Source of the DNA: Barthelona sp. PCE
Lineage: Eukaryota
Length of the DNA stretch: 64,000 bases
NCBI GenBank assembly: GCA_040285745.1
Contig: JAUFOR010000001.1
Location: forward strand, 1,240,001-1,304,000
Direction of reading: 5' to 3'
The position numbers and the translations under genes are program-made. The notes under the pieces are model-generated. The model searched no databases. It had not been told where the DNA came from and saw nothing but the letters and a program-made list of their open reading frames with translations. The stretch's first letter is position 1; the number at the start of each line of letters is the position of its first letter. Shown in pieces: positions 50,139 through 62,000 of this stretch.

Positions 50139-51076
50139 ATAGACCATAAATGACATATAAAAAAAGAATTCTAAAGATTAGAAACAACTAACGATGATTG
50201 AAAATGAAAGTGATGATACTAACTTTTATGGAAAATTGAGGATATTGTATTATGGCTCCAAACATAATTTTAAGACCAAAAATAAAACCAAATCCATGAA
50301 AATCGTTGTAGTGCAAAGGAAAAAGAAAGTTTTTATTATATGATGTTTAGGAGAAACGGGTCTTATTTTTTGGAACTAAAATGAGTGCACATTAGCATCT
50401 AAGCTAAATAGTTTTATTTCTTAGAATATGAGTATGGGAAAAAATTATTAGTTTTTTGCATGCGCTTATAAGAATCAAAAGAATACATTAGCAACTATAT
50501 AACTATATACTAAACTGTTGAATATATGTTTTTGATTATAAATACAGTAAAAGAATGACCTGCTTTTATTAGAACCTGCTTTCTCATTAAAATTCATTTT
50601 TGAATTGTGCAGAATAAGCATTAACATGTCAAAGAAATAAGCTGTTAACTGTCAAAAGAATTGTAACGATATTGTAGATTATTTGTTTTTATTTTAGTAC
50701 TTTAAAGATATATTGAATTTTTGAGGTCTAGGAGAGTTTTATTTGGGTTGTAACTTAGTACCTTATACTTTATTAAAGAAACAACTCAAAAAAACAGAAA
50801 ATTATTAATCATCATTTAAATTCGAAGCATTTCAGGCAAAATTGCTTGTAAAACCTGGGATATCAAAGAAAAGCGCACCATGTTTTTTGCGTACTTTAAT
50901 TCACAAGCAAAGCTGTTTGAAAACAGAATCTAGAGGAAAAACCTTTATTGGGATGATATAGTGTCTTTTTGGGACTTTTAGACCTTTAGTACGCATTTTG
51001 CACACACTAATGTCCACCAGTTGACGAAAAGTACTATGTTTTTTGAATTATTCCCTTTTATAGTATTTTTTAAAGT

Positions 51077-53038
51077 ATGTCAGAACACGAAGATAACGTG
51101 CCTGAGCCTACCATTGCGGAAACACCTCAATCCGAGCTTGAAGTTGACGATGAATCGGTCGAGAAGCTTGTTGCTGAAATTATTGAGAGTACACGTTTGC
51201 AAAAGATGGAAGCGGAGTTTTTGGTTAAGGAAGGAAAACACTTTAACAAGGATAGTTTTTTTGAGATGTTTAGATTAAAGAATTTTTCTGATGTATTATG
51301 TGAGCGCTTTTGGCAAATGATTGATGAAGATGGAAGTGGAGTAGTCAGCGTTGTTGAAGTAGCAAAGATTCAGTCCACAATTGAGTATTCTAATGATGAT
51401 GAAGTTGTTGAGTTCTTCTTCTCACTCTATGATGAGAACGGTGACGGGCAAATTTCTTTCCAAGAAATCTGGTCCGTTTATTCCGGTATGTTAGTTGCCA
51501 ATGGTGATGCAGTTACTGATGAAAAAAGAGATGAACTTTTTGGGAAAATCGATCATTTTGACATCAACAAAGACGGATTTCTTAGTCTTGAAGAGTTTAA
51601 GGATGCCGTTGACAAGCTTCAAGAGGTTTCTAAGGAAGGTAAGAAGAAGAGCAAGTTGTTCTACATTTACCTTTTCATTCTCTCTGCATTGATGGAACTT
51701 TCAACCTCTTTTGGTCTTCCTGCTGTTGGTGCACTTGCTGTTTTCCTCAGCGGTGGTCAAGTTGACGGTGAAGGCCTCACTCGTAATTATTCACTCGAAA
51801 CAATCGCCTCCCTCGCCTCCCTTTACTATCTTTCTGCTATGATTGCACTTTCATTAGGTGCTTTTGTTGAACGTAAAACTAACTGTGGTGTTGCAATGAT
51901 TGTTGGTAACACCCTTGTTCTTCTTGCTAACTTCCTTTGTACTTTTGACAGTATTGCTGTATTTATTATTGGTCGTTTAGTTCTTGGTCTTGGTGGTGAG
52001 ATTATCCCGCCTCAACATTTAATTATGTTTAAAGCAACGTTACCTCCCAAGTTGTTCAATATTGCTGCAGGTTATAGAAACCTTATTCAGGCTTCAACAA
52101 CTGCTGCAGCTTATGTCGTTCTTGCTTGGATGGCTGAGGAGAAATCCGTCGATTATGTTCTTTGGTTTAACACTGCTCTTGGAGGTATTTCACTTGTTAT
52201 CGCTATTCTTGCCTGGATTATTGTTCGTAAGGAGAAGGAAGCTCTTCTTGAAGATGAAAAGTCTGTTGCTCGTTCGTATAAGATGATTGCTCGTACTATT
52301 CAACCTAAAGTCTCTAAGAAATGTTTCTTCAACGTTAGTTCCAATATTTATCTTGCTGCTATTGGAATCAAGGCTTTCTATCTTATTGCTTATGCTCTTC
52401 CTTCTGTTGGTACCGTTGTATTTGTGGAGAAGTTTGGTGTCTCTGCTTCAGAAGCTGGTTCAATTCTTGGTCTTTTAAATTTGGTTGGTGCTCTTGGTTC
52501 TATTCCTGCTGCTATTATTGGTGATAAATTTGGTAACCGTGCTAAGCTTTTTACAGCTTTATTGTTCATTTGTTCAATTTTGTTCTGTCTGCTTGGTATC
52601 TCAACTGATGTATGGCTTCTTTACCTTATCACTATTGTATTTGGTATTGCTTATGCCTTTGGTGATACTCTGGCTTTCACCAGTCTATTCCTTCTCACAC
52701 CAGATCCCAACGAGACTTCAAAGTCTTATGCTCTTTATGGTCTTGTGGGTAACTGTTTGCAATTGGTTATTCCAATTATTGCTTCAACTCTTATTTCAAA
52801 AGGTGAGGAATACTTCTTCTATTTCTTTGCTGTTGTTATTTTCCTATGTTCCCTTTGTTGGCTCAGAATTCGTCTTGCTGTTGGTAGAAAATCCCGTCTT
52901 GAAATGACTCTTGATGAGATTGTTGAAACAAACACAGATGCAGTTAAAGCAGCTCTCTTTTTGGGTAATATTTCCACAGTTGAGCAAATGCAAAGTGTTG
53001 ATGAAGTGGTCGTTATAGATACACCTCGTCCCATGTAA
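51077..53038 (+). CDS. EF-hand domain fused to a major facilitator superfamily transporter (MFSD1-like), 653 aa
   Basis: EF loops DEDGSGVVSVVE, DENGDGQISFQE and DINKDGFLSLEE are followed by ~12 hydrophobic helices with GRLVLGLGGE and IIGDKFGNR (MFS motif-A-like). Confidence 0.9.
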   Translation: MSEHEDNVPEPTIAETPQSELEVDDESVEKLVAEIIESTRLQKMEAEFLVKEGKHFNKDSFFEMFRLKNFSDVLCERFWQMIDEDGSGVVSVVEVAKIQSTIEYSNDDEVVEFFFSLYDENGDGQISFQEIWSVYSGMLVANGDAVTDEKRDELFGKIDHFDINKDGFLSLEEFKDAVDKLQEVSKEGKKKSKLFYIYLFILSALMELSTSFGLPAVGALAVFLSGGQVDGEGLTRNYSLETIASLASLYYLSAMIALSLGAFVERKTNCGVAMIVGNTLVLLANFLCTFDSIAVFIIGRLVLGLGGEIIPPQHLIMFKATLPPKLFNIAAGYRNLIQASTTAAAYVVLAWMAEEKSVDYVLWFNTALGGISLVIAILAWIIVRKEKEALLEDEKSVARSYKMIARTIQPKVSKKCFFNVSSNIYLAAIGIKAFYLIAYALPSVGTVVFVEKFGVSASEAGSILGLLNLVGALGSIPAAIIGDKFGNRAKLFTALLFICSILFCLLGISTDVWLLYLITIVFGIAYAFGDTLAFTSLFLLTPDPNETSKSYALYGLVGNCLQLVIPIIASTLISKGEEYFFYFFAVVIFLCSLCWLRIRLAVGRKSRLEMTLDEIVETNTDAVKAALFLGNISTVEQMQSVDEVVVIDTPRPM

Positions 53039-53080
53039 ATTAACATTCTTTATTAATAAACAAATATTTTTTAATGAAAA

Positions 53081-56000
53081 TTAAATCTGAAGACGCTTAA
53101 TAACATCTTGATGTAATTCATTGATAGCTATTTGCAAATTTTCTGTTGTATTACTCGAAAGTATTGATAATGGAATTGGTATCGTTGATTCAATATTGTA
53201 CACCAATTGAAGTAATGTATCGTCTGCAAATCCGCATCCTATATGCAAATGCGTTTTGAATGACTCAAAACTTTCGAACCTACTTGCTCTATCTGCAAGT
53301 GGTAAAAGATGTTGAGCATAAGCATTGATTTTTCTGTAATGTTGTATATCATCAATATTAGCGGTATTTTCCAAATTTAAAACATTCAAAAAACAAGGGG
53401 TAATGCTGGAAAACACATTATTAGAGAAATTATTCAGCCTATCTCTGACAAAAACATTGTACAACTTTTGAAATAAACTGGGATAAGTAATAATATCAAT
53501 AACTTCACTATCATGATAATAAAAAGGTATGGAGTCAACTATATAGAATATAAGATCCTCAAAAGTCTGTATATCTTGAAGATTTAACTGTAAAGAAGGT
53601 AATATGATTGATTTTAACGAATATTGTTTTATAGCCCCGAAAATATCATCTAAAACAACATCCGTTTGTCCAAATTCATGACAAACTTTACGAGAAATCC
53701 TTCTTAAGACTGGTAATGATGTCTTTCCTACATCTGCTTCAACTAAAGGTTCTAAAACTTTTGACAAACGACGTTTTTTAGAAAAGCATAGGTTAGTTGA
53801 TGATATTCTTATGAGATTAGCAAAAAGCACAGCTGTTCTTAGTCTGCTATTAACATAACCATCAACGAAACGAACTCGATTAAATGAACAAAATAGTTTA
53901 ACGTTGTCAATAAACTTGAAGCGGGTGTCTGAACTGTCTGAGCTGTCAAAGTAGACGATATATCTCAGCATAGGATCAATTGCTCTCTTGTTAACAATAA
54001 AAAACACAAAGTTTTTGGTGGCAACACGACCTAAAGCTCGTAATTGTTCCAATTTAACCATTAAACCTCGTATTATACTCCAATCCAATCCATAAACAGT
54101 GTAGAAAATAACAAAATCAGACTTGCATAGATGCTCCAAATTTACGTTAAAAACATTTTGTAATTCAATGAATGTAAATGTACGTTGCTCTTCCCAAGCA
54201 ATCTCATCACAAAGACGCCTAAATTCCACGAATGTACTTGTTTTGCCTGTGCAAAAATGGTACGGTGGAAAGAAACCTAAGACTGTTAGCTTTATGAATA
54301 ATCTAGCACGTGATATAGCACCATTAAATAGATCAAGAATAACAGGAGTACGCGCAGTAGAAACAACTAATAGCTTGTACAATATGGGTAATAAACAAGA
54401 GTTCTGCAGTGTGAATGGATAAAGTGCACAATAAAAGAAAACAAATTTCTCTAAAGAAGAATCAAAGGAACAGAAGATATCTTTGGATGAAAGTGTTTCA
54501 AAATAACTGCCAAACATAACATTATCATCAATAGCACACATAATCTTAAAAAAATACTTAAGTTCATCTCTCACTTCATCATTATCAGTAAATGTATCAC
54601 TGTAATAGTTGTTCAGGAGGTGATCTACAATACTGTTTGCACCAAACGTTGCATTTTCACAATTACACCCGAACGGTAATTGATTAATTATATCAAATAC
54701 AGAAGTTTTGGTCGGCCAACGTAATTTATGGAATCGGATAGCAAATAACAGAACAGAAGGAATTAAAAATTTCATATTGAACAATAAAAATATAAAACAG
54801 TTGAAGAAACTAAGACGTTCATATATTGAATCCTTGTCTTTTTGATTTCCTATAATTGCTTGAATAGAATAGTCGATACCTTCATGATGCAAATCATGTG
54901 CAGGAAAAACAAAGAGAGAAAACTGAGTTAAAACATACTTTGATGCTTTTAAAGTGAAAAAAATATCTAAAACTATGTCATCAACATCACTAATTTCATT
55001 TGTTTTCGAAAAAAGCAAATTTGAATTCGAAATATCAGCTAACACGTTGTTAACGTTATGTTCTGTGATTGACAATCCTTTAAATAAACTATACAATGAT
55101 GTCAAAGTCACAAAACTTTGTTTAACAGGTTCTATATTCTTCATTGATAATAACATATTGTTTCTTATAAAATCTATGAAATAATCATCGTTAAGACTTG
55201 TAGTGAAACAAACAATTAGAGGTAGTATATGCGTCATTTCTGTTTCTAAATTAGAACTGTACATAATTAAAAATGACCAACTTGGTTGAATCGTTAAGTC
55301 ATCAAACGTAACAAACTTATCCCAACGTTTTGACTCAATGATGGCTGAAATTAGTGGTGTGAAATGTTTAACACAGTCCTTCGTTCGCAAGTCAATAATA
55401 AAATAACAATCGCTGGCTATAGGTATGAAGCTACTAAGCGTATCGTTATCTGCTGAAAGAAGTACAACTCTTTTAGGTGCTATAAAAGGAATTAATGCTA
55501 AAACTACAGGATTAGAAAAGAGTACATTATCACTAACACCTATAACTATGTTTTGGGCAACTTCTGCCATTAAAGAAAGTTTTTGATATAATTCCCAATT
55601 TTGCATACCGGAATCAAGTTCGTTTGAGGGTAGCTTCACAAATAGATCACTGAATGAATCCAATAAATTACTATCAATGGAACAACTGTGTAAAATTTTT
55701 TCAAAACGTTGTTTTATCATTTTAAAACCTGAACGTTCACAACAATTGCGAATCACAAGATAATGAAAGCCAATTAATGCACCGATTTCTAAAGAATAAT
55801 TCGATATATATAGCATTGGATAACGTAACTTGATATCCTCAATTATTTCAGAAATATCACTGATTACTTTTTTCTTATCGTTCAATTGGGCTTTTAAATT
55901 TTCAATAAGTAAATCTGAACCAACAACTGTGTTAACCATTTTTCCATAAGATTCATCCAATGGATCTAAATTTTCCACTTCTTTACGAATAACATTCGTA

Positions 56001-59000
56001 TCAGTGATCAAACTATTTATCCGATTATCAATAACATCTATCTCATTAATATAGCTTTCACGAACGAACGATAAATCATTGAGCTTTGTACGTAAAACAT
56101 TAAGTTGAACTGAAATATGTTTAAATAAACGAATGAAAGTAACAACAGTACAATGTAAAAATGCAAAACTATAACCATTACCAACTCTTACTAAAAATGA
56201 AGCTTGGTTAACCGTTATATTTGGTCTACGAAGAATGAATTGAATAACTGAGTCAGTTAGATTCTTTTGGGGATTGCATACTCTGGCATCAACACTGGAA
56301 TATTCAATAGATGTATTGATACAATCATAAATCCCGGTAAGAATGGTATCAACGTGTTGCAGACTACGAAGATAATTAACAGACTGGGACATTAGCACTG
56401 GGAAAAAGCGTGAACTACGTGATAACATTGTGCTAAATTTAAATTTTAATGTTGAAACATTGTAGAAGTTAAATTTCATGCGTATACATTCCACATAATT
56501 ACCAAATAATTTTGTCATCGAACTAATCTGCTCATCAAATACAACCAACACGACGAAGCGCCAATTAGCTCCACTTCGAAGGCATTTGTTTCTAAAATGT
56601 TTTGAACGCTGAGTATCACGTAAAATAGAAATAACATGATGAGGAGATATGAAAACAGCTGTGTAAACAGATGTACCAATGGAATAGTCGAATTCTTCAT
56701 CAAAAGAGACTGATTTCCAACCTATCAATCTGAATTGCTGTTCTAAAAAGTGAGGAAAAAAGAAACTGCTGACAGAAGTACGATGACCAGAATCTTGGAA
56801 TTCCTTAATAAGAAGAATACTGCTGCTGACATTCTCAGAACCTGAAAGAGTAAGAATACGAAGACAATCATCCAACATTACACCTTTGAATACTGTTGCT
56901 GGATTATCAGTACGTTCAGCTAACATCATCTGACAACTTCTTCGATTAAAAAAGATTCCTTCACACGCTGGAATGCAATAAAATTGATCATCTAATTGAG
57001 ATTGTGTTAATGGTGTAGTTTTAATCAAATCTTTAAGCATTGAATCTGATTTTGGGATACTATACCTTTTAAATATTATAACCATGTGAGTGACGATCAA
57101 ATTGATGAGTTTATAGTCTATTTGTATGCTGTTATTCTTTGCTACATAATCTCTAATAAGACCAAAAATATCTGAAAGTAATTTCAAAGGTATACTATTA
57201 CAATTCTCATAACCAAATGTATGAAACATCGTTAAGCAAAGCTGGAAATAGTATGAAACTTGCTTCAATAATATAATATGTTGACTTTCTCGTTCTCCCC
57301 ATATCATCTTGAGAAAACGACTAAAAAATATTGAATTATTATTACTAGTAGGATGCCTAACAGTTGTAAACCGTGATGACCAATGTTTATCGACAATACA
57401 TTCTTGATGATTGTAAAAGATCAATAAAAATATATCTTCTGCGTTATTATCTAAAATTCTATCAATAACATTAGATTCATCGAATAAATTCAGCTCATGG
57501 GCCATGTGAATAGTATGACCCAGCCGAAGATTGGATAAAGTATTGTGATCTGAAAAATCATTACAAACATTCCAATTACAAAGGTTAAATGCAAAAGTAA
57601 ACGTTGAACAAACTCGGAAAATCATTGATAACACTGTTTTCCGGTCATAAGAACATTGGTTACTCAACTTCAGTACTCCATCACGATGAAAAATGTAATA
57701 AGACCCTGTAAAGAAAGAGCAACAGATGTAATCAAAAAATAATTGATTGGGATTACGCATCAAAACTTCGTACATGCTGTTAGAGTTCAAATCTTGACAC
57801 ATGTCAAGTAAAAGACCACTTATATACTCAAAACATCCCAATTCACCTGTTTTAAGATCTACATAAGGTACATCACACAGTTTATCAACTCCCAACTGAG
57901 TTTCAATTAGATCATAGTGCCTAGAAGTCATTTCTGTTGCGTCTGTTAAAACTAAAAGAGGTGAAACAAGTGATACATACACTGCATTTGGAATAAACTT
58001 TGTAACACAGTAATGAAATTTGGATACATTACTTTGTGTGAAGAAACTATAGAGTAATCCTCCTAATACAGTGAATGCAAAATTCACAAAGTTTATAATC
58101 TCATTATGCAACTCAAAATCATATTTGTTTAACACCTTCGGCGCAAATTCTTCATATAAATCAAGAGCAACGTGAAATACATCCATACTTTCAAACAATA
58201 CATCTTCAATATCATAGTAATTTAGTAGCTCTTTTGAAACAGTTTTGATATAGCGTTGAAGAGAAAGAGATCTATTACAATGTAGGTGAATGACAGGAAA
58301 ATTAACAGATAAATTTGCTGATTCCACAGTTCCGCATGTAGTGAAGACAAATATTTGTTTTAAATCATTGGATAAGAATGGTGAAGTAAATGAATGATCT
58401 TCAAACTGTTCTGCACTATCGTAATACGAAGAACCACCACTACTGAAACGACTTGAAGTAGTAGGACTAATATTAGATTCTTCAGAAAGGTAAAAATATA
58501 AAGGTACTGAGTTTAACGCAGTTTTTTGAATATCTTTAGAAGAACGATGAAGAATATCCATATAAACCACATTAATTGATGGATCAAACGATAAAAGATC
58601 GTACACTTGTTTCAAAAATGATCCAATTTGAAGCTCAATTGGTGTTTGTGGTAATAAAACAATAAAACATGGTAAGAACAAGCTGGAAAAAAAAACTGAA
58701 CGATGGAAGATTAAAGCACGGTTAGGTAAGTCAGGTTTAATCTCTCTGATTATAGTATCTATATGATACTCAACAAAATCATCTAAAAGACATGAAACTC
58801 TGCGTAAGAATGGAAAAACTTCACTAAAAAGTGAATAATCCACAACAGGACATGATCCAAAATATCGAGTATGCATATCACAAAACGTGTTGTAATTATT
58901 AAAAGAAACAAAATTGGAGCATAATGCAAACAATAAATGCGATAATGTACACAAACGTTGCTTAGTAAGTAATCCCTTAATAAGCTCAAAATAGAACATA

Positions 59001-62000
59001 ATAATTGCATTATAAAATTGGTAAGGTAATTCTGTGTTAAAAAGTGTGCAAAATTCATCGAAATATGGTTTGAAGATCGATATAGCAACCTTATCTTGAC
59101 TTCCTGATAACAACAGTCTTAAGTTAATAAGATGTTTAATATTATTATTTGCTTCTAAAGAATATGTTATGTGAGGAGCAAAATTGAGAAACTGTGTATG
59201 TATTCTTTTTTCATGAATAACAAATACTACACCTGCAGATGAACATGATTTCGTTTCACCAGTCAATATTTGTAGGTATTTCAAATGCAAAGGATCGAGG
59301 AGCGCAGTAGGAAGTGTCTTATTCACTAAGAATATGAGCAAACTTCCAGTTTCTAATACATAATCAATTGCCATCATGATTTCAAAAACAGGAGTGTGTT
59401 TGCCGATTGTTCTGCAGTACACTTCTTTTCCAATAAGCAATGAAAACGAATAAAGAACCATAAGAGCATGATTGTGAGTTGATTCTATCGACATGAAAAT
59501 GGAATCATCTGTTTGCAATGCATATAATTCCTTGAATATATCTACTTCAACAAAAAAAGGATACAAATTAGGTTCATATAAAGTTGTTATAAAAGGTGTA
59601 ACAAAAAACATACCATGTTTTATACTTTCAACACAACCAAATTGAACATTCCAATCTGAATCACAAAAAATGAAATTTTCACTAACATGCACAAAATCGT
59701 TAACATCACAGCAATTTTCTAAAGATTCATAATAACAACTACATTGATAAAAAGAATAAATTATGAATTTGAACAGTAGCATATGTTGTGAAGGAGATGA
59801 GATAAATGATGAAAGATAACTTAAAATGTTGGTAGTGTTTGCCGTGGAATGTGCTAAATGTTCCTTATATGCTATAATATTACCATGTTCCATATACCGC
59901 TCAAGAACTTTAAAATCATTCGTGAATGTCATAATAATTCGTAGGTACACTAATCCAAGTGGTATTCCAACTAAAGCCAAAGGATCAAACCCGTTTTCAA
60001 TAACAATGAACTTTGCTGCTTCAGAAACTGCTGTTACACTGTCAACAATAGAGTTATCGATTGCTTTAAACCATGAAATTAAGCTTTCTATGTTGGGCTC
60101 ATGCAAAACAATTGCTTCATTAAACTTAATAGTCTCACTGCTTATGTTAACAGCACCGCATACTTGATTCTTACTTAGCTTAAAATGTTGAAGACTGGGG
60201 TAAATCTTGTTCAAGATAAAACCTTGGTTAATGAATGTACTTAATTTAATTTGAGAATTTAAAGCAAAAAATAAAGCTGAAAATACACAAATACTCTCAT
60301 AACGTGAAAATAGCTTAAAATAGTGCAAATCAGAAAATTTATGTTGCATGTGATCAAACAATAGTAAAAATTTGCTTTTCAAAGCAGTATGATAATCACT
60401 CATGCCATGCATACCATCAAAAAATGTCTCAATAAACTTTTCATTGGATATATCACCAATCAAATCGCACATGCGTATTATACCGATTCGTTCCGATCTG
60501 TTTATGAGGGTATCACAAATAAAAACATCAAAACCATCAACGGTAGACTCAACAAAAGACTCAACATCTCGATAACTGAAAGAATGTTGAACAACACGTG
60601 CAAGATTACTGTTCCAAACGTCTAAATCAATATCAAACTCTGTAACATCACAACCTTGCATACATGTTCGAAACATGAATATAATAATCATTAGTTGCTC
60701 AATAACAATCATGGTATTCAATTGATCTTTAAACTTTCGAAGAGAAGAAAGCTTGTTTTGAATAGAAGTCCACATATCATAACTGTATAATTTCATATTT
60801 GTGTTATAATCCTCACCGATATCTCTGAACCGTTGGTCCATGTCTTGGATAAAAGAATTTAAATCTGAACAATGATTAATAGCACTACGATAATCAAAAA
60901 CAAAGAAATCATCATACCTGAGAACGTTAAATGTCCACATACGCACATTCTCAATCATCAGGCTGATGGAATTGTCTATCTCAATCTCAATATTGAGCCA
61001 TTCTGCAATCTTAATAATAACATCAATATTATCATCCCTTGTTAAAAATAAAATATTATTACACCGAAGATCACCTACATTCGTTAAGTTATTGATCACA
61101 GAACGTAGCGTGCATCGTTGAATATGTCTTAGTCCTTTCAAATTGCATAAATCCAGAAAATTACAAACACGATCAATATTATCAACAAAAATTTCCAAAA
61201 CTTGAATGAAATCAGAAAATTTCCAATTAAAAGTAAGAGAATCTTTGATTTTTTCAAATTCTGTGTGAAATATTTGTGAATCATAAGTGTCAATTAGTTG
61301 ATCAGAAGATAAAGAGAAAAAGTTAAATATCTGAAAGAAAAAAGTCCTTAATTTCAAATAAACATTATGTCTTTGTGTGACAATTTCAACATCAATAGGT
61401 AACAAAATACACTTATTACATTCTTTCTCAAAGTATACGCCAAGATCTGACAGATCTGTAAGAATATTAAATAAACAGTGAAAACAATGATCAATGAAGA
61501 TAAGTGATGAGTGAAGGAAAAGATATAAACGAGTTTTAGAAAAAGAGGGTAAAAACAATTCATCATTAACAACAATATGATTGATACCTTTAAATGATTC
61601 TAAAGCTTTCCCACATTCACATAAATAATAGTTAAAAGTAACAAGTTTAGAATCATAATGGTTAAAAATTATCTTTTGTGCTTCACTGCAAAAAAGAGCT
61701 TGTACTCTTTTCCATAATTTTTCAACATTATTAACGAATTGAAGAAAATATCCAAATACACATGTGTAAATACCACGTGTATCAAGCTGAAACTTCTTAA
61801 AAAATGGATAAATTGATTCTATATCACTAAGTTCTGATATGACAATACATTCTGACTTCAAAAATGTATGAAAATCCTTTGTTTGAAACTTTTGATTCAC
61901 ATGTGAATCAAAAAACAAAGAACCAATCATATGCTTTGGAGATAGTTGTTTTTGAAATGATGCAAAATTTATCATATCAGTGTAAAACGAACTTTCACAA

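Noticed and set aside
50140-51076. tRNA, snoRNA or other gene in the long AT-rich spacer (also 17810-18174, 31391-31958, 42611-43155)
   Set aside because: I found no cloverleaf, no paired C/D boxes with a terminal stem, and no credible ORF by eye.
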